From assembly GCA_040954595.2 (NCBI GenBank), contig CM082578.2:17245703-17309702 (forward strand): a stretch of DNA of 64,000 bases, written 5' to 3'. Of the stretch, positions 13,801-26,174 are shown piece after piece. Numbering within the stretch: position 1 is the stretch's first letter; each line of letters begins with the position of its first letter. The DNA comes from Balanoglossus misakiensis. Taxonomy: Eukaryota > Animalia > Hemichordata. The notes under the pieces are model-generated. The model searched no databases, had not been told where the DNA came from, and saw nothing but the letters and a program-made list of their open reading frames with translations. A program made the position numbers and the translations under genes.

Positions 13801-16080
13801 AGACGGGAAGATTTCCGTGTATTTGATCATGAGCTGCTGGTGTACGGTTGTGATTTCTTCTTGGTGGAACTTATAAAAATCGCACCTTGTGCTTTCGTGT
13901 TCTTGTTCTGTGAGATTCAATGCTGTTGCTGTGTAAAAAGTACGCCAGCGATTAATCTGGGGGAATTTTACACGTATTTACATTTCGTCAATCTGATAAC
14001 AACCTTTTTTCAGAAGAGAGAAGAAATTTATCTCATTTTCACGACTTTTACCCAGACCTAATAGAGCATCTTCGCACTGTCCCCGACGTGACCTCCCCAG
14101 CTCGTGTTTTTGTAATCAGTCGCTAGTATAAAATTTAAATATGTAAGACAAGTGGGAAATCACCCCCTTCCTTCAGTGTAGCTGCCGACACTTCCTTCAA
14201 TTATTAGTTTGTGCAAATTATTGATAAATCGCTATGGCACACTCAGCATGTTCCACACAAAGAACGTTAACAGTCACCTCTCCAATTCGTGGACCGTCGT
14301 TATATAACTGCAGTGTTCACTCTCTTCGTATGACTTGTTCTCGCATAGAGATTATATCGATTACTGGCAATAATCAGCTTACATCAGTATTCATATTTCG
14401 CCGCGAGACACCTTTGTTCCAACCAGTTTCACTTCTAATTCTCAACTCACGAGTCTGTGTTCAGGAATACTTTATGACGACACAAGACTGTGAAGGCGAC
14501 GTTTGATTTTTGCCTCAGCGCAAAGCAACACAATCGTTGGTTCCGCCCGATGACGTCTTTGAGATTTGCTGACAGATGCCAGGTTCTCTTTTGCCACCAT
14601 AGTAGTTCACCTATAAAGAGTGAATTATTCCCTGAAAAAGTCTTAGTATGGTAATAGTATTATAGTTTTGTGATACTAAGTATTTAAACCAAGTCATCAG
14701 ACATGTATAGACCTTTTTGCGCACTCTCCGAGGACTCTTCTCGTTGCGCGATTTTATCCCCCCTGTTTGATGAATAAACCTCAGCCATTTCTACAATATG
14801 CCATGGTACCTATGATAGTTAACCCTTCCAAAGCAGACTAGTCCAAAATCGGTTTTGTGAAAATCGCGGCGTCCCGGAATTACACATTAATCTTTATCTG
14901 CGAGGCATTTGCACTTTATTGACATTTACGAGATTATAATGTTTATAGCGGAAGGTGTTTGGATGTCTACATTCTGTGGATGGTTCAATCTTGAAATGGC
15001 TCTATGTCCATATGTTTGCTCCTGGAAACATCGCTGTTTTCAAAGGAGAGTTGGACTTGCCATGACCTTGATGAATATTGGCGCAGAGCTATGCTCACTA
15101 CCTTGGCATCAGACTTCTCAATAGAAGATTATGTATAAGTAAATTTTGAAAACAGTTCCTTTATAAGGGCAGTCTCAACTGAAATATATACATTTTTATA
15201 AACCTGGCTCTGATATTTCGTGCAAGACAAAACGCCAATAATTCCTATGATCCAATTTACACTAAATATAGGACAACGACACATATTATATCAATTAATG
15301 GGGTCTTAGTATCACATGATCAATAATTACGTGCTGGTATAAATATAGAATGCATCAGTGATCGGAAGTCTATAGTCTTTTTTCTGTATTTGTCGAACAG
15401 CAAGTTGTGATATTTTGTGATTTGTGCCCTGTGTCATTTTTGAGAGACACGTAATCTTAGAAGACATTCGCCAGATACTCATTGATTTGCAAGTGTTCCT
15501 TAGCAACCGTGGTCTAGCAATTTAAATCATTATGTTTCTTCTCAAGCGTTCCCGAGCTCCTGAGCGCTATATGCACATGACGTGATGTAATAGTCACTCC
15601 CAAAGTGCAATGACCAACTCTAAAGCGATTTACAAATTACCCAGACAGTCTGACCCGAAGTGAACATAGTGATTCAACTCGATGAAGGAAACAATACTCT
15701 TATTCTGGCTCTATTCACGTCAGTGCGGCAAATTAGAATGTTGCATGCTTCGCCGTTTTCTGTACGGTGATGGATTTCATTGAAATAGGCTCACGCAATA
15801 AGAAGGTGCGATTCTGTGAGAAGTGCCTCGTGATCGTAATCAGTCTTTGGCGTTTTGTCTTGCACGAAATATCAGTGTCAATCATTCACGCAGCCGCCAA
15901 TAGCTGATGAATGTTAGACTGAACGATGTCAGATTTTGGATAAAAGTAAAGTCGTGGACGTAAAAGGAAACGTTCTTTTCACCGATTCACACACAGATAC
16001 ACTGTATTGGTCTGATGAACATTAACTTCACTTTCAGTTTGATATTAATTTGTATTTTTTTTTCATTGCCGAGGCACTGA

Positions 16081-16674
16081 TAAGAATGCGACTAAATATC
16101 ATTACATATGCAAAAAACAAACCCTGACCATGAAATCATTACTGAATGCTTGACCCGTGTCAAAAGATGAACATTTTCTAGATGCTTTTGCTGCCTGGCC
16201 GTCTCAACTTCATTGTCACCGCATGGTCAAGGTCATCGCAGTGGTCATCCCTCTGAAGTTCAGTCCAGGGTCACGCGGATTCCATGCCTCGGACACGGGT
16301 GTTTTACTTTGTGAGATATTGCAAATGGCGTTATAATCACGAATGCATGTGAGGTGTTAATACATCTGTTTCACACTAGGTAAATTTGGTATCACTGCGG
16401 GCATAGGTCCACAGTACTGGTGGCCTTAGGCTACCATATTAGCCAATGGTGATATCTCATCAGTTTGTTCATTTCAGATCACGATTAAGAATGCGGACAA
16501 CTATGAGAACCTTGCAAGTAAAACAAATTCTGTCAATGAAACCATTAGTGACTTCTCGACCCATGTCAAATATGTGCATTTTCTGGATAACTTCCAGCTG
16601 CCCGATCTTCTCAATTTCATTGTCGCTACATGGTCAAGGTGATCGAGGCGGTCATTCGCCGGAAGTCTAGTCCA
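16081..16674 (+). repeat. Diverged direct duplication of ~190 bp (16081-16267 and 16486-16674)
   Basis: Colinear shared blocks in both copies: taagaatgcg, atgaaa.catta.tga, gaccc.tgtcaaa, cattttct.gat, tctcaa.ttcattgtc, catggtcaaggt.atcg, ggtcat, gaagt..agtcca. Confidence 0.85.
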
Positions 16675-16730
16675 TTCTCTCGCCGGTTTAAACGGTGTTA
16701 ACATACTAGACTCCCGACATAACATTTCTG
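16478..16730 (+). pseudogene. Possible degenerate fragment of a GT31 (beta-1,3-glycosyltransferase-like) gene
   Basis: After acceptor-like ttcatttcag the frame reads ITIKNADNYENLASKTNSVNETISDFSTHVKYVHFLDNFQLPDLLNFIVATWSR*SRRSFAGSLV. The spacing of D.YENL..KT, F, KYV...D and RR.F.G resembles recalled B3GALT motifs. In-frame TGA at 16640 and no intact DxD. By-eye similarity only. Confidence 0.3.
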
Positions 16731-19700
16731 AGAATCCATCTTTCTCAAGTCATCTAAGAATATCGGCGAGACGCATCTTCGAAATGACTCATTCGGCGAC
16801 TCCCTGTCTTGGTCATTCTTGGATGTCGTTTCTCCAATTGCAGGTGCCATGTCTTTCGATTGAAATAGTAACTTGTAATGAGAGTTTCTCCTGAAGGCTT
16901 CCTCACATGAAGATGAGAGAAGCTTGACTAACTTGGGCCCGCCGGTCACTTTTATCGCTAACGGCAATAAAAAGAAAGTTGTCAGCACTGCAGTGTCCAT
17001 TCAGTCGATTGTGTGGCAAGATGTGCAGCAAGAAAAGGTCACTTATAAATACAGCAATCTCTTTCCACTGTGCTGGGCCATGGAAATAACCTTGCCTGAA
17101 ACATTCGAAAACTATCATGCAGACCTCTGTATGTGCTTCGCCGGCGGATATCCTCTCTCCCCGAAACCTTCGCGATTGTTCAAGTCTTCCTCATCAACTA
17201 AATGTCACTACGGTTCGGATCTATAAACCTGTCTCGCTATACAAGGAGAGAGAAAAAACTCGAGGGATTCGCCACGATCGTGGCTCTCGTAAAGCCTATC
17301 TTGTAGAAAGGGCAGATAGATACACAGTAATTTCTGTATGGGGGTAATTGCTGGTATTAGAAATCATTCGGAAGTGTTATTTTCACCCGAATCGCGTTGT
17401 TGCCGGCAAAATAGCTGTAATTATTCAGTCGAATTTAAATTGCTGAATCACAAGTCTATTACAACGTGGTGTTTTTCCGACTCCTTGCCATTTTAAATTT
17501 GTTTTCGCCTCACATGACGTATAAAGGTTTGTACATGTCTCCAACAATGATGTTATGTGCATTCACCAAACTTTGATGAGGCGCGAGATAAAATCCCATT
17601 CTCCCTCACTGGTTCAAATCAACTGAGCTGAAATGGTTCGTTCCAGAAGGCACGCGGTTCGACGTAATGAAGAATAACTGGGGCTCGCAAATCACGACCA
17701 CTCATATTTCATTCGAGAAGGCCGCATCAGCCCGGAGCACGACTTTCCAACAATTCCGCAGCTACAATTTACGGCATACTGCACCAGCCGTAGTCAATGC
17801 AGTAAAGTTGAGAGAGTGAACTCCAATTCACAGGTGGTGATTTACAACGCGGTTAAAGGTCACGACACATTTGACCGTCTGCACAGTTAATTAACTATCT
17901 CATAAAATCTAGTGGTATACGCCGAGTATACATCAACGTGGACATCACCTGCCGAATGGGATGAAAGACTTGTTATAAAACGTGGTGGACATGTAAATAA
18001 GAATAACAGGTCGATTGTATATTCTGGTCCACGTGGCTCTATATGTTCTGTGTTGAACTCACAGCCCATCGAACGTTCTAAGGTTGTTGAAGATCACCAC
18101 AACATGGCACATGTACGAATACTGAAGTGACAATGTTCCCCCATTCTTGTAGCCACCTCAACCTGGCCGTGATATTCAGTCTATAGTGGGAAAATGCGTT
18201 AACACTTCGACCGGGCCAACGTTTGTCCACAGAGCTAGACTTGTGATCAACTTGTGACCAAGCCTGACAATATAGCGACAGTGCACACCATCAAACTATG
18301 TTCTGTCAGCGATCATGACAACACCACGAAACAAGGTACTAAGCTAAAACATGAAGGGCATGTAGAGTCCATTAGAATGGGGAGCATACACCCAGGATTT
18401 GTGGTCCATCTCGTTCGTGATAAGTACTTAATTCAGGCGACCCGTACTTTCCTTTCCCTTTCCTGATCACACGTGTTTGAGAAATCGATGGAATGGGAAT
18501 TTGTAATCCCGCGTTGGTGTTTGGCGGAAGAGCGGCAACTGGCACGTTTTCAACAACAAAAAACAGGCCATTGATTCCAGGTGCCACTAAACGTGGCGTT
18601 ATTAAGAAGACCTTCGGGGGTTACCAACCTTCTGTGCGCTACAAATTCCCTTTATGCATTACAGATGAAAAACAAAATATTCTCCACAAGCTACATTAAA
18701 CCATTTTCGTAGCTTTGGAGAATGAAAAATGATATTTTCCGATCATCATGACAAATGTTAGGCCCAGATAGCATAGACACCTCTGTACGTTTTCTGTATG
18801 TTGTATAATATTGCAGCACTTGATTTGTGGCAACCAAATACAATTTGATGGCTATGATGATGTCCAGGCAAAACAATTTTGTGAGCGGTAAACTGTTCTG
18901 CAATAAAAACATTGAGGCACTTTTTCAATTTATCACTGGATTTGCGAGCATATCAGTAAGATGATCACGGGAGAGATTTAATCCAAGTATATGATCTAGT
19001 TCATGGGCCTAGTACAAAAACCCTTCCCACGGAATTTTCCGGGTTTTTTTCCGGAAGGAAGCCAATAAGTCCGGCTAGCAGATATAGAGTTTTGTTTGCA
19101 ATCTTTTTAATGACGGTTTTGGCCTTGAGGATGTATTGTAATAGTAACGTGGCAATGTTTTAGGCTGCTCACATCATTAAAATGATATATCGCAGGTTCT
19201 GATACAAATAGAGAAGAATTCGGTCTTACAAACAAACTGGGGCGCAGGCTATTCATTAATCACGTGATGCCAAGGTCAAAAGTCAAAGTCACTTCAAAAC
19301 ATAATGTCACGTGCATAGCAAGTGCTAGACCCCTCAAAGGCAAACACTCCTTGTTAATAACACTCCGCAATCAACAGAAGCGAACACGTTCACTCTTTGT
19401 TTTACAAAAAAAATCCATATCAGATATATTTCATGCTGTAGCCATTACGCACGCGAAACAGAAGTTTGCGTCACAATTTAGCGTGGCATTTGTATAAGCA
19501 ATTGATTCTAGGGAGGAGTCGAAATTCTGACGTGAAGTTGATACCCTTAATAGCTGAATGACCTTTTCGGCATGCGTAAGGGATGTCGATTTGATATCGG
19601 AAAGGTGCCGCAAAAACCAGAACACACTGTAATCTCAATATCTTAATATTAATAGTGGTGTCACAAAATGAGGATAATGGTTGGTTTAATCAAATTTAAT

Positions 19701-22700
19701 GGATCATGGAACTCCACAAAGATATATTTTTTCCAGCCCCTGAAAATGAAGTAAAATAATTTGAAGCAACGTGTCCATTTTAAAGTCGCGATGTATAGTG
19801 ACTGTAACTATAAAGAAATAACATTATTTCCCGTGAAAATGTTGCATCAAAATTTATTGACAATTTTAGCACCAGAACATACTATACCTCGTTCTCTCTT
19901 TGCCGAAGAAATGTCATTTATCATGCGCGTGTTTTAATCATCCCGGTCCATTCCAGGATCACCTGTAGGTTTGGAAATGGTGTTTTATAGTCACTAGAAA
20001 CAGAACTACAGGTTTTTTTCTTAAGTGCATATTAGCTTGTTTGTGCTGAAATATACAACGGAGAGAATTGATGAGTTTTGCCACTTACATGTATACGTAG
20101 GCGTTAATGGTTATTACATAACAATACATATTCCTTAAAATACGGTATACTGAGTATGCGAATGTGCGTAAGTCGTCATTCTGTTACGAGAACATGGTCA
20201 CGTTCCCCGCCCATGCGCAGTAAAAAGTAAGCGTTTTTATCCGTTTTTCATTTTCAGTCATCGCAAAGTACAAACTGTTATATCAGATGCCGTCTTTATC
20301 CAAGACAACATCTTAATCATAGAAATGCAGTGTTTATCTTGGTAGTCCGGTCATCACCGTCCATTACAATCAATAATCATCGAAATTGTGTTTAATGCTC
20401 GTGTGGAGAAGTGACTTTCAGGCAAAGATAAGGATGGGAATATATTCCATTGCCAAAGCATCGCTTCTATGATCACGTTCTATGGTTCGTCTACCGTTGC
20501 CGAATAGCGTGCTCGAAATAATGTCGAAATGCTGAATCCTTGTCATAAAAAGAACTATGAAGAGTTCATGCTGTCTATTCATGCCTTTGTGATTATGATT
20601 GTGTTACTTATTTTTAAATTACTCTAAATTGAAAAGTGAATCCAATCCACATTCTGGGAATGACGACCCAACTCTGAAAGAATGTCATCCACACAAGGAG
20701 AAACCTAATGAAATTGCGTCGTCGCAATTGTTGATACTGAACAATAATTCGCATTGAAAATTACAAAACGCTGCTTTACTGGCAAAGATTGGGCAATGAA
20801 AAAGAGAATGAAATTTTCTCATTTCTTTGACAGAGTTCGGTAATCTGTGCTACAAAATATTAAAAGGTAAATAATTGCTTTAATAAATCCCGACTGACTC
20901 GTGTGCCCGAAAGATGCAAATGTCACTGACAGGGCTGACTATTTCTCCGTGACATAACTAAACCCAGCTGCCAATCCTAGAAATTGAATAAAATAGGTAT
21001 GGACATTCCATAGAGCGAACCCAGCATCTTAGTTAACAATCTCTCCGTCTCTGTCTGTCTCTGTCAATGTGGAGAATGTTACAGTATAAGTATATAGGAT
21101 TCTAGTTCATACAGAAGTAGGACAGTGACGATAAAATATTGAAAAGATAACCACGACTAGATTAGGTCTCGTAATCCTTCAAAATTGAAAGGTCGCAATC
21201 ACCGTGTGCCAGTCTCCTTGTCGTCTGCCATCAATCATTAAGGCCATCCTGCCATGCTAGTCACACCGACGGTCTGTGACTTATCTTCCAGAGTATTATC
21301 AGACTCAGATCTTGCGAATATCGAAAAGTTTCATGCCTTCAATCTATGTAGTACAACGCGCGAGTTATTGTCACAAATCTTACTTTCAAATCCGTTGAAA
21401 GAATGCGTTTACTCTGATTGGAATGTAGGTCCATATGATGCGTCCTTGTTTAGGCCTTGTGGAGAAAATTTTGGCTTCGTGTTGTTGTCCAAGCACAGAT
21501 GATACATGATATCTGAAAACATTTATGACATTGTAGAACAACATTCACACAAACTGGCCGTCATTACACACAGTTTTACGTGCAGTAAGTGATAACATGA
21601 CTGAATGGGTTTCTTAGACAAAAGCGATTGGTCCGGAAAATGATCAGATTGATATTCCGTGTCCCCCTTTAATCGATGAAACAGTCACGCTCAGTACTTC
21701 GATGCTTATCATGCCCTTCGCTGTCAAGATAACAGTAATTGAACATTGGGCATTGGATAAGAAAATCCCAAATGAACATGTCAGTTGTATCTAAGCTACA
21801 TTGTGCCATGGATCATGCAAACCTTCAACATGAGACACTCCAGGCAATTTACCTTCTGGGTTCTAACAGTTTACTTGATTTGCAAACAAATTATTGTGGT
21901 GAGATAGGTTCAACACTGACCGAGTGAATGATGGCTGGCTGGATGGAATTCGCCACTGTATATATGGTGTACATGGCATTGAGAAAAATTATAACGCGAC
22001 TGAAAACAAGATAGTACTATATTTTCATACGGCTGAGGCTGACACATCGCAATACAATTTAACGTTCAAATTTCAAATGTTGAATACCACACACTGGATG
22101 GGCCATCAGTGATAAGTGAATTCGATTACGTCACTTGAGCAATAAGTATTTGTATGACGCACTAAAGATACACAAATCATAGTTATGGTTTTTCTCTGTC
22201 GGAAAGCATAACTTTTCCTGTGTATAGCAACCGTCTGCAGTCGTTAAAGCCTCTTTTAAAATCTATTTGCATAAGTTTTTTTCCGCGCACTCTCTGGTGA
22301 AGAATGGATATATACTTTTTGTTAAAGGCTTCTAACAAAAATCGTTCAGTGTGTAGTGTCAGTCACCTGGCGTCCTGCCTGCACCACAAGCGCCCCCGTA
22401 CCAATGGAAATGCCAATTGGTGCTGCCCAAACTGTCCCTTTCACGTATCTCGCCGTGAAAGACATGTATTCCAGATATAGTATGTTTGTCGACTCGGTTC
22501 TTTCTTTAGTGAACCTATGAATGTACATGTATACTTTGAAAGGCGTCGCCCGCATGTCAAACATATATCGATTTCCCTCGCACAAATCTTGTCAAAAACT
22601 ATAACCATAAACATCGATCGAGTATAGTTTCTGTCGCCATTGATGCCTCGATAATGCTACACCTGAGGCTTGGAACGATTTACGGAACACCCATCTGTAC

Positions 22701-25700
22701 AATTCTTTCTCTAATTGGCCTAATAGATTGCACAAGTGCAAGTCGTTTGAAGTGATCAGATAGTGAATTTTTGAACCGATTTGATTACTTCATGGCTCGA
22801 AAATCGAATGTGATGCATGGGAAGCAATTTCAATGTACAAAACAGCCGTCCGCCACACGTGGTTGAATCTGACAATGACGTTCAAAGTCGAACGAATTAA
22901 TTATGGTCATGTCACTGAATGTCATTTTAACCTAAAACGTATAGCCTGGTATCAGCGGTGTCGCCCGCTGACGTTTTTGGCGTTTTTGAGCGAAAAATAC
23001 TTTTAAAATCATAGTGTTAATTAATTACTGGTTTATGATCTTGAAAATTGAGCTAATGTGTCGCTCCGACCTGTCAGAGGACGGACTAAACATGGTCGCA
23101 TCTTGTACAACGTAACCAGGGGATGGCGTGGTTAAAATCATTCTTGATGAAAACATCTCGTTTCCAGTATTTGCTGTAAGAATTATTTTATTCGAAGTGC
23201 ACAGGTGTCCAAATATCATACATGAATTCACGGGCATTTAAGATGATAAAGCGAACCGACGTGAAAAATTTCACTAAGGTAAATTACATGTCAACAGGCA
23301 TACGCGTATGGCACCACGATTAGATGAACTTAATTAATGAACAATTAATCAACGTCAATCAACACTTGGCGGAAATGCCTTGGGAATTGTGTCTTGCCAG
23401 AAAGTCTACAGTATATCTGAGAGTCCTTTTTCCTCCCCATATATACGCACATAGTACAAAGTGTCAACATTTTACTTTCTCTCTTGAGCCAAATTCGCAT
23501 TCGAAAAAAAAACGCAACCCATAATGTATCACATAGCATCAGTTTAATAGCTCTCCCTAATCGGATGAATGGATAACCTGATATTTTGAAGTGATACCAT
23601 GTGTTACCATGGCAATGCAAAAGAAGGAACAGCTGCTTCGGAAATCTATACTCTCGCATCTTAACTAAAATCGATAGCGTGCTTTTATCGAAAAAATGTG
23701 AATTATCTCTGTTTGATCATTTCCTATCGACATTACGGTTCATCCGTACCATCTATAGCCTCTTTTGCCATTGTCTCACACCCATACACTAAATGCTTCC
23801 ATGTTCCCTCCGCCAGTGGGTCACTCTGAATGTAGGTCTACGTAATTCGTCCTCTCCTTGCTTGCTTGCTTTGTGGCACCCGTCAAACCCTAGACAGAAA
23901 ATCCGTTGCGGAAACGGCATCTCCTTTATCGAATGGTATAGTTAGGCGATATTCCTATTTGCAAAGGACAAAACTTGCCAAACGTAAGAATAAAATACAC
24001 GTGTCTGATATAAAATGCACAAAACCCAAAGAGGGGTATTACAATACTCAGTAAGTTATAAAAGTGACAGGGAACGTAAAGGAAAGGAAATATGACTCCC
24101 AGTATCATATTCGGCGGTACCGTAACGCTGACGTCATTATAACTAGGGTAAGTGCATCCTGAGTGGATCAAAACACTCCAGTGCGCGTTGATCCGGATTT
24201 GAATGCGCCGTGTTGTGATGTGTTGTGTTGTCGCCAAATGACGGGAAATGCGGGATCGTTTTCACTGCGACCAAATTCGTGAGAGTGTATTTCTCTTTGT
24301 TGTCTGCTACATGCACTGTCCACAGTATACGCACTGAGCTTTCCGAGCGTTCCGAGCCTTGTCTTGTCCAATATCTTGAAATTGAGAGGAAAAAATCAGC
24401 AATGAAACTTCCCTTTCTAATGACGTACCGCATTCTGCGTAATGATTATGATGGTAGTTGAGTGTTTGCATAGTGTACCAGTATTCGACCCTGTGATCCG
24501 TGCGTGCGTCGTATAACCAGTATACTTGTTATTAACTTCTGTCATCTGGACGCCTTGCTTACACGCAAATATTGACCTAAAAATCTTGCATATTACATAT
24601 TGTCTAATGTAGGCAGCAGCTTATGATGATGAAATGCCGAGCCTAATGCTAATCCCGGCCATGACGTCATCATAACAACTCTGAAAAGGTCACATAATTT
24701 GATTGACGGTTTGACTATCAAAGGTCTTGCCGGAATGATCTTCTGAAGTTGGAGTTACTGTATACTCGATAGCCCACGTTTCAAAATCTCTAATACGGTT
24801 ATATGTATTCTTTACAGTATCTGCAAGGGGTGTATCTCTCAGTGTAATGAGATGGGAGAATTTTCTTGTGGTCTTGACGATCTGAAGTGCGGTAGTTTGA
24901 CTAAAGTAATACAAATATCAGTGTAATATTAGAAAATCCAATAAAATATAGTCAAATTTAGATAAACATTACCTTGTTAAGCAAAACTTCACTTCTTATA
25001 CTAAGGATCTAGATCTCCTTTTTCTCTCTCCAAAGAACCCAAGTTACAAAGTACTTCCGTGTGCGTTCTGATGCTCCATCTACAAACTTTTCCACTGAAG
25101 CCTAAATGAATTTGAACTTAAATGACCGATCTGTTGCGGACGCCTCACAGGCTCGTACTATTTTCGCAACATCTGCCTTTTTGTCGATCGGTCGCGCTGT
25201 TTGTGTTCTTGAACTCAGTTGTCACTCTGTCTCTCACCCGCTGCCAAGCTTAAAAGACTACCGCATCAATTACTTGACTTCACCGAGCAGTAGGAAGGTG
25301 GATGTTGAAGACGCGTACACTTCTGAACAGTGGGTGACAAAAGACCTTTCACTCGAGGGCCCGTTTGGAAACCAATCAATTATAACTGCACGTGGACGAC
25401 AATATGCATAAACTCCAAGTTGACTTCCACTGGTAATGGCCGACACACAACTCGTTATTTTGTCGACAGGACACCGATTTGGCGAAGCTCGTTACTAAGC
25501 TAATGACTGAACAATTAAACACATGTTACGCTGATCTATCTTAATTTCATGACATAATTTATGTTTGGCATAATAATTCTGATACAAGGGTTTTGTCTAT
25601 GGGTCAGACTTTAGACGAAGAATGAGACTGCGCAGTTCAACTACGCGTGCAGTCCAAGTTCAGTGTACTATTGTAGGTGTAGTGTGGCAAACATGTATTA

Positions 25701-25742
25701 TCCAACAGAGTGTTGTTACGTAGCAGAAGTTTGCTGTTGTTT

Positions 25743-26174
25743 TGTGACCAGGTGTGTTTTCGCTTACTTTCGTAATTTGAATATTTGCGTGACCAGGTGT
25801 GGTGCATTCATTATTTTCCCCATATAAAAAGCCCGCACGTCGTGTTGCGGCGTAGCTACTTATTTGGACTTGCCCGTGTGAGCTGTTCTGTTCCTCGCCG
25901 GCTTGGAAGATGTGCCTTATTTCCTGATACACTGGTCTGGAAACCGCGCCCAGAAACTGTGCTGTATTTCATGCTGTCCTGGTCTGGAAACCGCGCCCAG
26001 AAGTCGTGCTACCTCATGGGGAATTCGTCCGAAAGCCGTGCCGTCTACCGGGGAATTGTGCCAGAACGCTACTCGGACTGAACGTCGCTGTTGGGACTGC
26101 CGTGGTGTTGGTCGCGTTCGTCGTGCGCTACGGAAGCTTGGACTTTAGTTTTTCATTTCCCACACCTGGTCACA
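25743..26174. mobile_element. Putative solo LTR or non-autonomous TIR element (432 bp)
   Basis: TG...CA ends with a perfect 14-bp terminal inverted repeat (TGTGACCAGGTGTG at 25743; CACACCTGGTCACA ending 26174), a second copy of the terminal motif at ~25789, TATAAAA at 25823, a GC/CpG-rich interior and an internal direct repeat. Only ttt matches on both flanks, so the TSD is unclear. Confidence 0.5.
25932..26002 (+). repeat. Two exact 24-bp copies (ctggtctggaaaccgcgcccagaa), 47-bp period
   Basis: Identical copies at 25932-25955 and 25979-26002. Confidence 0.9.

Noticed and set aside
13527-13960. Minus-strand open stretch after an acceptor-like site (INRWRTFYTATALNLTEQEHES...)
   Set aside because: No recognisable family, no good donor, and stops follow.
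16501-17118. Minus-strand ORFs with a faint kinase-like or signal-peptide-like look
   Set aside because: No intact HRD/DFG motifs, several in-frame stops, and conflict with the + strand reading; not supportable.
25932-26002. Repeat-spacer-repeat pattern resembling a CRISPR array
   Set aside because: Only two copies, eukaryotic context, no cas genes; it lies within a transposon-like element.
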